Source: an uncultured virus (IMG/VR IMGVR_UViG_3300043496_000149)
Lineage: Duplodnaviria > Heunggongvirae > Uroviricota > Caudoviricetes
IMG/VR virus record: IMGVR_UViG_3300043496_000149
Direction: 5' to 3' (one strand)
DNA length: 64,000 nt
The notes beneath the pieces are model-generated. The model saw only the letters and a list, made by a program, of their open reading frames with translations, searched no databases and was not told the origin of the DNA. Shown here piece by piece: positions 10,213-19,064 of the stretch. Numbering within the stretch: the first letter of the stretch is position 1; every line of letters starts with the position of its first letter. Made by a program: the position numbers and the translations under genes.

Positions 10213-11739
10213 TTAAGATGTACTATTTATCTCGATACTAACTTGGTCTTTCTGTATCTCCTGTGCTGTTTGCCCGAATATAGATTGGAAGAATGTTGGC
10301 ATATTGAATTCATAGAACCTTATTGTTAATTTTGCATTACTAATTACCTCACCAGTAACTATGTTGGTACGTTTTGGTTGTGATTTGTATAGGATATATC
10401 CTACATTATATTGGTTTGTCGGTGAGTACTTGAATGAAGTATAAGATTTGGCTGTTGCAAATGTATGAATAGGTCTTTTACCGCCCAAACCACAGTTTAT
10501 GAATAGACATCCTATGTCAGGACCGAATGATTTCTGGCCTGTAGATATGACAAAATTTGGTTCTCCTGTGGTATATTCTCCAGGGGTATCAGGTGCTGCT
10601 TCATTCCATGATAATACTTTCTGTCTCTGGTAGTTACGGAATTGTCCTGAAATAACCACATGAACACCAGAATCTTCGAATAGTTTATGATATGTTGTTC
10701 TAAGTCGTCCATCTATTGTCTGTGCTGTATCATTGGCTGCTAAAGTAGCATAAAATGCCTTATTACAATATACCACTATGAAATCTATCTTTGGATCATT
10801 CTTTGCAGAATTAAGATTCGCAACTATAAAATCATACTGTGGTGAAGGATTTTCAAATGGTTTTGTTACATCCATAAATATTTCATACAGATTATACCGT
10901 TTTTTGAAATAATATCCACTGGTTATACCTGGAATATTATTGCATAATAGAGTTGATAATGTGTTTTTGGTTTGTGGTGTTAGAAAATCTAGAAATCCAA
11001 ATGATAGTGCGGTGCGATCACGGAACACACCAAGCATATTAAACCATGATCTGGGGTCTGAGGATGAGGAAACATTACCTGTACATACAAGCCAATGTAA
11101 CGTTCTCAATCTCAAACGTTCTAATAGTTTCTGGAACCATTCATTTGTATCACATTCTCCTATTACACCTACATCTGTATCTACAGGTGTTTCTACAGTA
11201 CCTTCTACATCTTTTTCATTACTTACCTGTATAAATATTTCTGTTCCATCTAACGGTGCCTTTTCGGTATTTGCATTTATATAAAGCCTTAACCAAATAG
11301 CTACCATCTTTCCTGGTGGTATATCAGCACCTAATGCTGCACCTTTGGTTACCTCGTTGCCATTTGAAAATACTAATCCCCCTGAATATGGTGCTGTGGA
11401 TTCATCAGGTATGGTATCTGCTACACCGACTGATGTTCCATTACCTACACCATGAGTATCAAATGCATAATATAATTCGGTGCCTGAAGAAGGGGTATTA
11501 GCAGGAATGAAAATCTTTGGATTAAGACATGTTAAAACAGATTTATTTTTTAGGTAAATACAACGATATTTTGTTTTACCTAGTGTTCTCTCGGTACTAG
11601 ATACAATATTAAAAAGACCATGAAATGTTTCAGGTAGTTCCGATGTGGTATTAACTACGCCTCCAAGACCATTGGCTGAAGCACCACTAGGATAAAAAAC
11701 TAAATCAGTTTCTTTAAATGTGGTCTTAATAGTTCCCAT
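10213..11739 (-). CDS. Putative virion protein: N-terminal structural domain plus degenerate metallophosphoesterase domain
   Basis: YRCIYLKN...AIWLRL N-domain; SPQYDFIVANL...IDFIVVY...YHKLFEDSGVHVVISGQFRNYQR follows the purple acid phosphatase pattern without the metal ligands. Confidence 0.65.
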   Translation of the reverse strand: MGTIKTTFKETDLVFYPSGASANGLGGVVNTTSELPETFHGLFNIVSSTERTLGKTKYRCIYLKNKSVLTCLNPKIFIPANTPSSGTELYYAFDTHGVGNGTSVGVADTIPDESTAPYSGGLVFSNGNEVTKGAALGADIPPGKMVAIWLRLYINANTEKAPLDGTEIFIQVSNEKDVEGTVETPVDTDVGVIGECDTNEWFQKLLERLRLRTLHWLVCTGNVSSSSDPRSWFNMLGVFRDRTALSFGFLDFLTPQTKNTLSTLLCNNIPGITSGYYFKKRYNLYEIFMDVTKPFENPSPQYDFIVANLNSAKNDPKIDFIVVYCNKAFYATLAANDTAQTIDGRLRTTYHKLFEDSGVHVVISGQFRNYQRQKVLSWNEAAPDTPGEYTTGEPNFVISTGQKSFGPDIGCLFINCGLGGKRPIHTFATAKSYTSFKYSPTNQYNVGYILYKSQPKRTNIVTGEVISNAKLTIRFYEFNMPTFFQSIFGQTAQEIQKDQVSIEINSTS

Positions 11740-11743
11740 ATTA

Positions 11744-13348
11744 TTATTCTATGTTACTATACTCGACCTCGTATAAAGAAATACCGAACAAACTGACATA
11801 TTTAGAACCAGTAACACTGATTAATTCCTGAGTCCCCGACCACACATGTGGGATATGTTCACCTATTTCAATATCATCATATCTAATATAGTCTTGGAAT
11901 CCTGCTGTGTTTATACTACTATTCTCTTCGTTGAATGGATTCTTGTTTATTCTTACTACTTGAACAGCATGTTTGTTTTGGGTATCGACCTGTCTAATAC
12001 ATTGAATACCTACCCATTGGCCTTCTTCTAATCCCTTGAATGAATCATCTAATATTGTCATTGAACCAGACATATCGACTAGACTCTGGAAGAAGTATTC
12101 CGTATAAACATGTGGAGTATCACCTGATTTGTTATTTATAGGGATATTTACATTCATTGCCCTGGATAGTTCTGGTCTTGATTGGTTGAAATAATAACCA
12201 CCATACTTCCATAATAATTTCTGATTATCCATTGTCAATCCATCCATCCTGATATAGAAGGTAAGAACATAATTCTTGAATCCACCTTTCTTTATCATAC
12301 CACTTTGGGTTATCTTATCTAGTTGTACTACCGGATCATCTGGATATTTACTCATTTCATTTAACGGTGAGAACTTGAGGGTAAGGTTCTTGGTGTTTGG
12401 ATCGGTCTCAAAGGTATAGATTTTATCTCCAGTGGGTAGGTCGGTGACGGTGTATAATCTCTGTAGGTTACTGATTTTGATTAATTCTTCATCAGATAGG
12501 TTATCGAAATATTGTCTGTCTTTGATTGGTTTGTATGGAATTGGAGAACCGTAATGGTCAATATCACCAGATATTATTTCTTGTTCCTGTTGTTGTGGTG
12601 CGGAAAGGGTTAGTAATTCCTTTGATTTCTCATCCAATTCTTTTACAAATACAGAATTCTGTATGAAACTCCAAGTGATTATACCTGAATCTGATAATGC
12701 TTTCAGGGATTCTAGATTCATATTACTATAGAATGAAATGTTATCTACATTCCATTCAAAATCTTTGTTGATGCCTACAAGTTCGATATCTATTACAGCC
12801 TTAGTAACTCCTTCAACTACAGTTGCCAATTGGAAGAATTGAGTGTTATTTGTTTCCCATGAGGAATCAATGTTTGTTGGAACCTGACTTAGAACGTTCT
12901 TTTCATCATTGAATAGTGTTAGTGACATTCGATATTTGGTTTTAGTAGAATCAGCAAATTTAGTAGAGAAACCTGATATTGGTGTTTTATCCTTGAAATT
13001 AATCATTATTTTTAATATTGGAGCATCGCTCTTTGCTTCCCATGTGTTTTTATTATTAGGGATTATGAGAGTGTTTATTGTTGGATTATTGGCTGGATCA
13101 TTACATATTAGAGATTGTATTTCAGCCGGTGCGAAAAGGACCTTATCATTATCAAACTGTACAAGGGATTTACCATTTAGTTCTGGATTAGAGGTGTTGA
13201 AAAGTATAGTATGATTTGTACCATTGAATCTAGTAAAGGCTAGATCATCTGGAATATTACCTCTGTTCTCATCGAAAATGTCAGATACATATTTTAAGAA
13301 ATTACGGTGCTTATCGTTCTTAATATTTCCCAAGGTTATAACACTCAT
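11744..13348 (-). CDS. Putative virion protein with discoidin (F5/8C)-like and thaumarchaeal lectin-like domains
   Basis: NTWEAK...KYRMSL...FFQL jelly-roll pattern; FKNYVLTFYIR...GQWVGIQCI resembles 40277..41245. Confidence 0.55.
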   Translation of the reverse strand: MSVITLGNIKNDKHRNFLKYVSDIFDENRGNIPDDLAFTRFNGTNHTILFNTSNPELNGKSLVQFDNDKVLFAPAEIQSLICNDPANNPTINTLIIPNNKNTWEAKSDAPILKIMINFKDKTPISGFSTKFADSTKTKYRMSLTLFNDEKNVLSQVPTNIDSSWETNNTQFFQLATVVEGVTKAVIDIELVGINKDFEWNVDNISFYSNMNLESLKALSDSGIITWSFIQNSVFVKELDEKSKELLTLSAPQQQEQEIISGDIDHYGSPIPYKPIKDRQYFDNLSDEELIKISNLQRLYTVTDLPTGDKIYTFETDPNTKNLTLKFSPLNEMSKYPDDPVVQLDKITQSGMIKKGGFKNYVLTFYIRMDGLTMDNQKLLWKYGGYYFNQSRPELSRAMNVNIPINNKSGDTPHVYTEYFFQSLVDMSGSMTILDDSFKGLEEGQWVGIQCIRQVDTQNKHAVQVVRINKNPFNEENSSINTAGFQDYIRYDDIEIGEHIPHVWSGTQELISVTGSKYVSLFGISLYEVEYSNIE

Positions 13349-13350
13349 TT

Positions 13351-13922
13351 TTAATTATAAGATAACTTATTCTTCAGACGCATAAAAACTTGTTGAGGAT
13401 GAATAACACAATTACATGATTTAATACCTTTTTGTTCCTTTATTTTATTAACTTCTATACTCCATTTCTTGAAGATTTTAACAGGTATCGGTGCGAGAAC
13501 GTCTAGTTCTTTGGTTATGGTATTATACCAATATTTCTTCCTATTATCAGTATAGACATAGATGCCAATACAACCATAATCATAGGCATGTTCCATAAGG
13601 GTCTGAAGTTCAGAATCAGACATTGCCTTGGCTCCCATGGTAGAATTCTTAGCCTGAATAAATAAATTAGGTTCCCCTTTCCGCACCGCAATAACGTCTT
13701 CTACACCTAAAGAACGGAACTTTCTAGAAGCATGCCAGCCATGGTAGCTAAGATAACCTATAAGCCAGTTCTCAAGTCGATATCCTTTCTGGTAACTCTT
13801 ATTTCCTTTTCCTCTCTTAGTTTTTTTATACGTTCCTGTTCCAACAGTTCTTGAAGCAGATCTCTTTCGTAATCTTTTGGTCTTCTGATTGGATATCCTT
13901 TTCTGTGGGATGCTTTACTCAC
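13351..13922 (-). CDS. hjc: Archaeal Holliday junction resolvase (Hjc), requires a -1 frameshift at the A7 run (13821-13827)
   Basis: Reading upstream of the called GTG gives NKSYQKGYRLENWLIGYLSYHGWHASRKFRSLGVEDVIAVRKGEPNLFIQAK, the Hjc G..E...L...G...R...S.G..D.IA...IQ.K pattern; no in-frame start codon. Confidence 0.75.
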
Positions 13923-14337
13923 TACTTTTTTTATAAATATGTTTGTTATAACATTTTTTACACCACCAACCACCATTTCCATCATTATACCACATTATAT
14001 TAAGACGATTTTTTCTATGATATGTAGTATTAGAACCACAATCAGAACATTTCCTATTAGACATATCTTTAAGTCTTTTATCTGCATGAATCCTATCATG
14101 TTCGGGTTTAGTTAGAATTTGTAAATTTGAAATATCATTATTTGTTTTATCAAAATCCTTATGATGAACTATTAAACTAGGATGGATATAAGTGGATATT
14201 CCATTCAATTTTGTTAAATATTCTTCCATAATCAATCTATGAAATGTCACATATGAACCTCGTTTTTTAAACGGATGATTATATATTCTTTGCCTATAAT
14301 ATCCTCTATTATTCATATTTATAGCCATATTAGACAC
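13915..14337 (-). CDS. HNH endonuclease with C-terminal Zn finger
   Basis: HRLIMEEYL...VHHKDFDKTNNDISNLQIL; CSDC...WY...WCKKC. Confidence 0.85.
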   Translation of the reverse strand: MSNMAINMNNRGYYRQRIYNHPFKKRGSYVTFHRLIMEEYLTKLNGISTYIHPSLIVHHKDFDKTNNDISNLQILTKPEHDRIHADKRLKDMSNRKCSDCGSNTTYHRKNRLNIMWYNDGNGGWWCKKCYNKHIYKKSSE

Positions 14338-14360
14338 CTGTATGAGTATATTGTAATAGC

Positions 14361-14681
14361 TTATTTATTACTACTTTGTTGGCTACTACTATGCTTCTTT
14401 ACTATGTCGAGAACTGCATAAGCAAATACCCTACTCTGTGTTTTTAGTGGTTCAGGCACCTTATCATAATCTACCCAATTATCCTTACACAATCTCATCA
14501 TTTCCATACCAAAATCATCTAGGTTTTTACCCTGATATTGGAAATCATTTAGGATTTTAAATAAAGCCTTACTCCATGCTCTCATCTGATTATGTCGTAG
14601 TTCAGCTAATTCTTCGATTAACGCACGGTTTACACCGGCATATTTCTTATCCCAGTTTTTATTATTCATTATGGTGCCCAC
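14361..14681 (-). CDS. Hypothetical protein (RyR-like phage domain pattern)
   Basis: LIEELAELRHNQ...W...YDKVPEPLK. Confidence 0.55.
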   Translation of the reverse strand: MGTIMNNKNWDKKYAGVNRALIEELAELRHNQMRAWSKALFKILNDFQYQGKNLDDFGMEMMRLCKDNWVDYDKVPEPLKTQSRVFAYAVLDIVKKHSSSQQSSNK

Positions 14682-14786
14682 CGTTTAGATTTTACCTTTG
14701 TCGTATAACCTATACAGAAAAACAATACAAATGCAAGAACTGTAAGCACTGATAAACCTATTTCTAAATCACTCATTTCTTTATCA

Positions 14787-15014
14787 TCAAATCCTATCTA
14801 TAAAATCCATACGACTTTGTTGATCTAATATTTTCAATAAATATTTTATAAACTCTTCTTTTTGTTCTCTGGTCCATTTATTTTGGGTAAATTCCTGAAA
14901 TGCCATTTCATAATACTCTTCTGCTTTTTCTATATAATTCTTAGCTCGTTCAAATGATGTAGGTTTAGCATCTGTCATTTTAATAGCGACGTTCCTGACG
15001 GGAGATATTCTCAT
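14787..15014 (-). CDS. Hypothetical helical protein
   Basis: Small ORF in operon; true start probably at MTDAKP. Confidence 0.5.
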   Translation of the reverse strand: MRISPVRNVAIKMTDAKPTSFERAKNYIEKAEEYYEMAFQEFTQNKWTREQKEEFIKYLLKILDQQSRMDFIDRI

Positions 15015-15339
15015 TATGTTTCTTATTAAAATGCCACATTACATCATCTGCTGATAATCCAGCTTCAATAGATATCTGAATCAGTACGTGCCATAGATCA
15101 GCGATTTCTACATTCCTATTATCATAGTCTATCTTGTAGTTTTCCGGTGCCTTCCAATATTTCCATTTGGTTTCCATTTTGAGTTCTTCGGCTTCGTGTT
15201 GTAAGAAAGAACATAACATATGGAGTCTATATCCTTCCCATGGTTCAGGATCTTTAAAGAATTCAGGTTTATCTTTCTTTATAGTATCAATTAATTTCTT
15301 TTGAGCATAGAACATTGTATCTAAATTTACGAAACTCAT
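14980..15339 (-). CDS. All-alpha (MazG-like/dimeric) dUTPase
   Basis: EAEEL...WKYWK...EIADLWHVL...K...N..RQ motifs. Confidence 0.8.
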   Translation of the reverse strand: MSFVNLDTMFYAQKKLIDTIKKDKPEFFKDPEPWEGYRLHMLCSFLQHEAEELKMETKWKYWKAPENYKIDYDNRNVEIADLWHVLIQISIEAGLSADDVMWHFNKKHNENISRQERRY

Positions 15340-15392
15340 CTTTATTATGCGGTGCGAAAAGGTAATTTATCTTTATCTATTCTATCATACAT

Positions 15393-16277
15393 ATGTCACA
15401 AGAACAACAATACGGCATGGGTTACATCCCAGACGTAGCTAATATAGAAGACTATACGGTTGCTGACGTTAAAGAAGAATTACCTAAACCTTTGATTAAT
15501 GATTTGAACAGGGTTGATGAACCAACTACTACTACCACAGTCCTACCAAAAGAGGTAGATAATAGAAAATGGTGTTCGGCTATTCAAGAACAACTTAGCC
15601 TCGGTTCCTGCACCGCACAGGCCAGTGTATCTATGATGGAATATATGCAAAAGAAGACCAATGAAGGAAAGTATCAGGATGGATCTAGACTGTTTGTTTA
15701 TTGGTTTACTCGAAACTATATGGGTCAACAATATTTGAATGTAGATAGCGGTGCTTACAACAGACTAACCATGAAGACCATTGCCAAGAAAGGAATACCT
15801 GAAGAAGTTAACTGGAAATATAATATAAATGATTTTGCAAAGGAACCTTCAAGATATGTAGTTGATGATGCGGTGACTAACAGGGCATTGAAATATTTCA
15901 GACTGGATAGTAATTCAAAATACGGAGAAGAATATGTTAATAAAATAAAGACATTTTTATCCAATGGATATGCGATGTTCACAGGATTTCCTGCCTATGA
16001 TAATATATACAAGGTTACCAGATCACAACCGGTGCTCAACTTTCCTACTACAAGTAACAAATTATTAGGTGGACATGCCGTAATGATTTGTGGTTATGGT
16101 GATGATATTAATCATAGTATGGGACAAGGATGTTTCCTATGTCAAAATAGTTGGGCAACTTCTTATGGCGATAAAGGATTCTTTTGGATGCCGTATAAAT
16201 TTTTCAACGATGCATTAGCTATCGATACATGGACAGCAACTGACATAGAATGGGTTAATACAGGAGTATTTAATTAA
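15393..16277 (+). CDS. Papain-like cysteine peptidase (C1 family)
   Basis: QEQLSLGSCTA (Q, C), GGHAV (H), QNSW (N), GDKGFFWMPY. Confidence 0.9.
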   Translation: MSQEQQYGMGYIPDVANIEDYTVADVKEELPKPLINDLNRVDEPTTTTTVLPKEVDNRKWCSAIQEQLSLGSCTAQASVSMMEYMQKKTNEGKYQDGSRLFVYWFTRNYMGQQYLNVDSGAYNRLTMKTIAKKGIPEEVNWKYNINDFAKEPSRYVVDDAVTNRALKYFRLDSNSKYGEEYVNKIKTFLSNGYAMFTGFPAYDNIYKVTRSQPVLNFPTTSNKLLGGHAVMICGYGDDINHSMGQGCFLCQNSWATSYGDKGFFWMPYKFFNDALAIDTWTATDIEWVNTGVFN

Positions 16278-16368
16278 TGTTAGAAGAATCATTACCTGTT
16301 TTGATATTTTTTGGAATGACACTTACGTTTGTTTATTTTATGAGTAGGTTAGGTAATAAAAAAAGAGA

Positions 16369-16887
16369 CTAGCACTGATGAAGGCTATTCAATAGCTCCT
16401 CCTCAGTTATGTTTTCTATCACAGGCACCGTATCATTATCACATTTACCATCAATTGTTGAGTTCGGTATCAACGGTGCTGGGACATCATCACCACCACC
16501 CAACAAAATACTTTTTATTTCATTGACAGTTTGATTAACCTGTATTAATGTTACATGGTCCTGTAGTTTTATCTGTAATACCTGTTGAATCCTCTTGAAA
16601 TCCTCCGTTGTTTGGTTATAGTGTGTCATTTGTTCTTCATGTGATTTTGTAGCATTAGGTATTATTGCTATGATAGGATCCAGTCCTTTCTTCAAATCCG
16701 TGATATTTCTGAACAGAAAATCATGAACCAGAGTAGAATTATCAAATCGTTGTATAGCAGTTTTTTGACTATCCTGATAATATTTTTGTTGTTGTAGTAA
16801 TGCAAAATTTGTTACAAAATACATTCCTGCTAATATTGCAAATGTTAGGAATATTCCTATGATTACGAAAAACCATTTAATATCCAT
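16369..16887 (-). CDS. Membrane-anchored coiled-coil protein
   Basis: N-terminal hydrophobic helix; several NxS/T sequons. Confidence 0.6.
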   Translation of the reverse strand: MDIKWFFVIIGIFLTFAILAGMYFVTNFALLQQQKYYQDSQKTAIQRFDNSTLVHDFLFRNITDLKKGLDPIIAIIPNATKSHEEQMTHYNQTTEDFKRIQQVLQIKLQDHVTLIQVNQTVNEIKSILLGGGDDVPAPLIPNSTIDGKCDNDTVPVIENITEEELLNSLHQC

Positions 16888-16988
16888 TATAATATTTTAT
16901 TATCATCTGATGTATATATTTTACACGGTGCGGGAAGGATTTCCGAAGAATAGTTAGGTATAATAACCGTTCAATACTTCTAATTGGC

Positions 16989-17645
16989 ATGTCATCAAGT
17001 CAAAAATTTGTAAAGAATACTAACACACCCCCACGAGATTCTCCATTATGGAATGTGGGTGAAGGATGGAAGAGATCAGAGAAAGGTAATGATTATACAT
17101 CACTGGGTGAGATTTCAGATGTTCAATTAGGTATTGCTTTATGTAAACAATTTAGAGCATCAAAGAAAGAACCAATTAAATATGTAGAACATTTTTTTGT
17201 TCCAAGTTACTCACAAAACGGTAAATTCCTTATATATGCATTCCCTGATCAAAATTCAGCAGAGAAGAAGGCAAAATGGGAGAAACCTATAGAGGTGCCT
17301 GCAGAGTTGGATTTCGAAGTAGAAACAGAAGTCACAACCAGAGGAGAAGACCAGAACCAAAAACAACAATTACCAGTACAACAATCAAACACTGCTGCTA
17401 CTTCAAATACCATACAGACACACTATGAAAAACCACAAACAGTCCCAGAGACAATCAGAACGGTAACAGACGTAACACCAATCAGAGTAGGTGATATATC
17501 TGCAATAGGAGAGGCAGAACAACAGGGTTTGTATGTATTGCCAATCATCAATGTAGGAAATAACAGGTTCTGTTTTGAGAACAAGGACGGAGATTTGATA
17601 TTACTCTACGGAAGAATTATTAATGTAAAGGTAGGGGATAATTAA
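16989..17645 (+). CDS. Hypothetical protein
   Basis: 218-aa ORF preceded by an AT-rich TATA-like element. Confidence 0.6.
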   Translation: MSSSQKFVKNTNTPPRDSPLWNVGEGWKRSEKGNDYTSLGEISDVQLGIALCKQFRASKKEPIKYVEHFFVPSYSQNGKFLIYAFPDQNSAEKKAKWEKPIEVPAELDFEVETEVTTRGEDQNQKQQLPVQQSNTAATSNTIQTHYEKPQTVPETIRTVTDVTPIRVGDISAIGEAEQQGLYVLPIINVGNNRFCFENKDGDLILLYGRIINVKVGDN

Positions 17646-17654
17646 TAGTAACAT

Positions 17655-18008
17655 ATGATGAGTGAAGGACCAGAACACATCAGTGAAGTAATAGAGTTAT
17701 GTAAAAAACAACTCAGTTCTCATTCTAAATTTTATTCAAAATTACCCCAGTTTTTATACAGAGATAAATTAGTTCAAGCAGATATGTTAAATGAAATATA
17801 TGAACGTAATTCATTATTAGAAGGTTTATTAAGAGAAATAATGGAACAAGAATTAAATGAAGAAACGCTCAGACAAGTCTCTTCCTTTGGTGGACATCAT
17901 CATCAATCCACCACCCAACCACAACCAAACTGTACCTGTCCCTTCTGTAACCGAAGCCAAGAAGACGAATACTGGGACGATGAAGGGGAAGAAGAAGGGG
18001 AAAACTAG
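17655..18008 (+). CDS. Hypothetical protein with CxCxxC and acidic tail
   Basis: 117 aa; CTCPFC. Confidence 0.55.
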   Translation: MMSEGPEHISEVIELCKKQLSSHSKFYSKLPQFLYRDKLVQADMLNEIYERNSLLEGLLREIMEQELNEETLRQVSSFGGHHHQSTTQPQPNCTCPFCNRSQEDEYWDDEGEEEGEN

Positions 18009-18576
18009 TAATTTTGGTAATGATTTTTTAATAGATTTTAAACTATCATATGGTAATCACAGATTAGCAGATGGAACATGGCCTATTAATTATGCATGGA
18101 TATATTCTAACAAAGCATTAGAGAGATTTCATTTACCTACTACCAATAGTAATCCTAATGGTAATGAAGGACCAAAACATTTTGGATTAAAGAAAATGGT
18201 CCATGATTATATTTATGATAATTATTATCTTGAAAATGGATGTAAATATAGGGTGACCACGGAATTAGAACAAAAGAGTAACTGTTTTTATTCTTATATT
18301 GATGGTAAGATACCCGTTTTCTTTACAATGGATATCTGTGTTATTAGAGATAGTGATTACCAGGTATTTGATATAGAGATTGATGGACCTGAACATTATA
18401 CTAGAGGTGGTATAATGAAAGCAGAGATTAGAGATGAATGGCTTTTAGATAGATATGGGGTGCTTACATACCGTATTGATCTGGCTGATGATGAACCAAA
18501 TTATAAACAAATAGATAAATTCATATCCCAACCTGCCGTTGAGAATCCTAGGAAGAGGAAGAATACTGTTACCTAA
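17980..18576 (+). CDS. PD-(D/E)xK nuclease, DUF559/Vsr-like
   Basis: MDICVI...DIEIDGPEH...RDEWLLDRYGVLTYRI; start reassigned to the ATG at 17980 to reduce overlap. Confidence 0.7.
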   Translation: MKGKKKGKTSNFGNDFLIDFKLSYGNHRLADGTWPINYAWIYSNKALERFHLPTTNSNPNGNEGPKHFGLKKMVHDYIYDNYYLENGCKYRVTTELEQKSNCFYSYIDGKIPVFFTMDICVIRDSDYQVFDIEIDGPEHYTRGGIMKAEIRDEWLLDRYGVLTYRIDLADDEPNYKQIDKFISQPAVENPRKRKNTVT

Positions 18577-18626
18577 TAGCAATAGAAAAATTTATAATAC
18601 ATATATCGAATAGGATTCTATATAAT

Positions 18627-19064
18627 ATGAGAATTAATTCTATGGGTGAGAAAAACCATAAATGGAAAGGGGGAAGAAGGAAAGTAGGAGAATATATTGG
18701 CATATGGTGTCCTTATCATCCTTTTGCCACAACAGGTGGATATATATTAGAACATAGGCTAGCTATGGAAGCTCATATTGGTAGGTATTTAAATCCTAAA
18801 GAAAAAGTTCATCATAAAAACGGTGATAAGAAGGATAATAGAATTGAGAATTTGGAATTATTAGATAGTCAAGGAAAACATGCATCTATACATTTTACAA
18901 AAGATATGTCAGGTAGATTTTGTAAAATTTGTGAATCAGAGACTACATATAAAGATAAGAGGGGTTATCAATTTTGGACTAAATATGAAGATGGATTTAT
19001 TTGTAGTAGGTGTAGTTATATGTTATTTGCTCCAAAAAGGAGAAAGAAAGTTATTATCAGTTAG
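18627..19064 (+). CDS. HNH endonuclease with C-terminal Zn finger
   Basis: GYILEHRLAMEAHIGRYL...VHHKNGDKKDNRIENLEL; CKIC...W...CSRC. Confidence 0.9.
   Translation: MRINSMGEKNHKWKGGRRKVGEYIGIWCPYHPFATTGGYILEHRLAMEAHIGRYLNPKEKVHHKNGDKKDNRIENLELLDSQGKHASIHFTKDMSGRFCKICESETTYKDKRGYQFWTKYEDGFICSRCSYMLFAPKRRKKVIIS

Noticed and set aside
13758..13985. 75-aa ORF as an independent gene
   Set aside because: Better explained as the pre-frameshift N-terminal part of Hjc.
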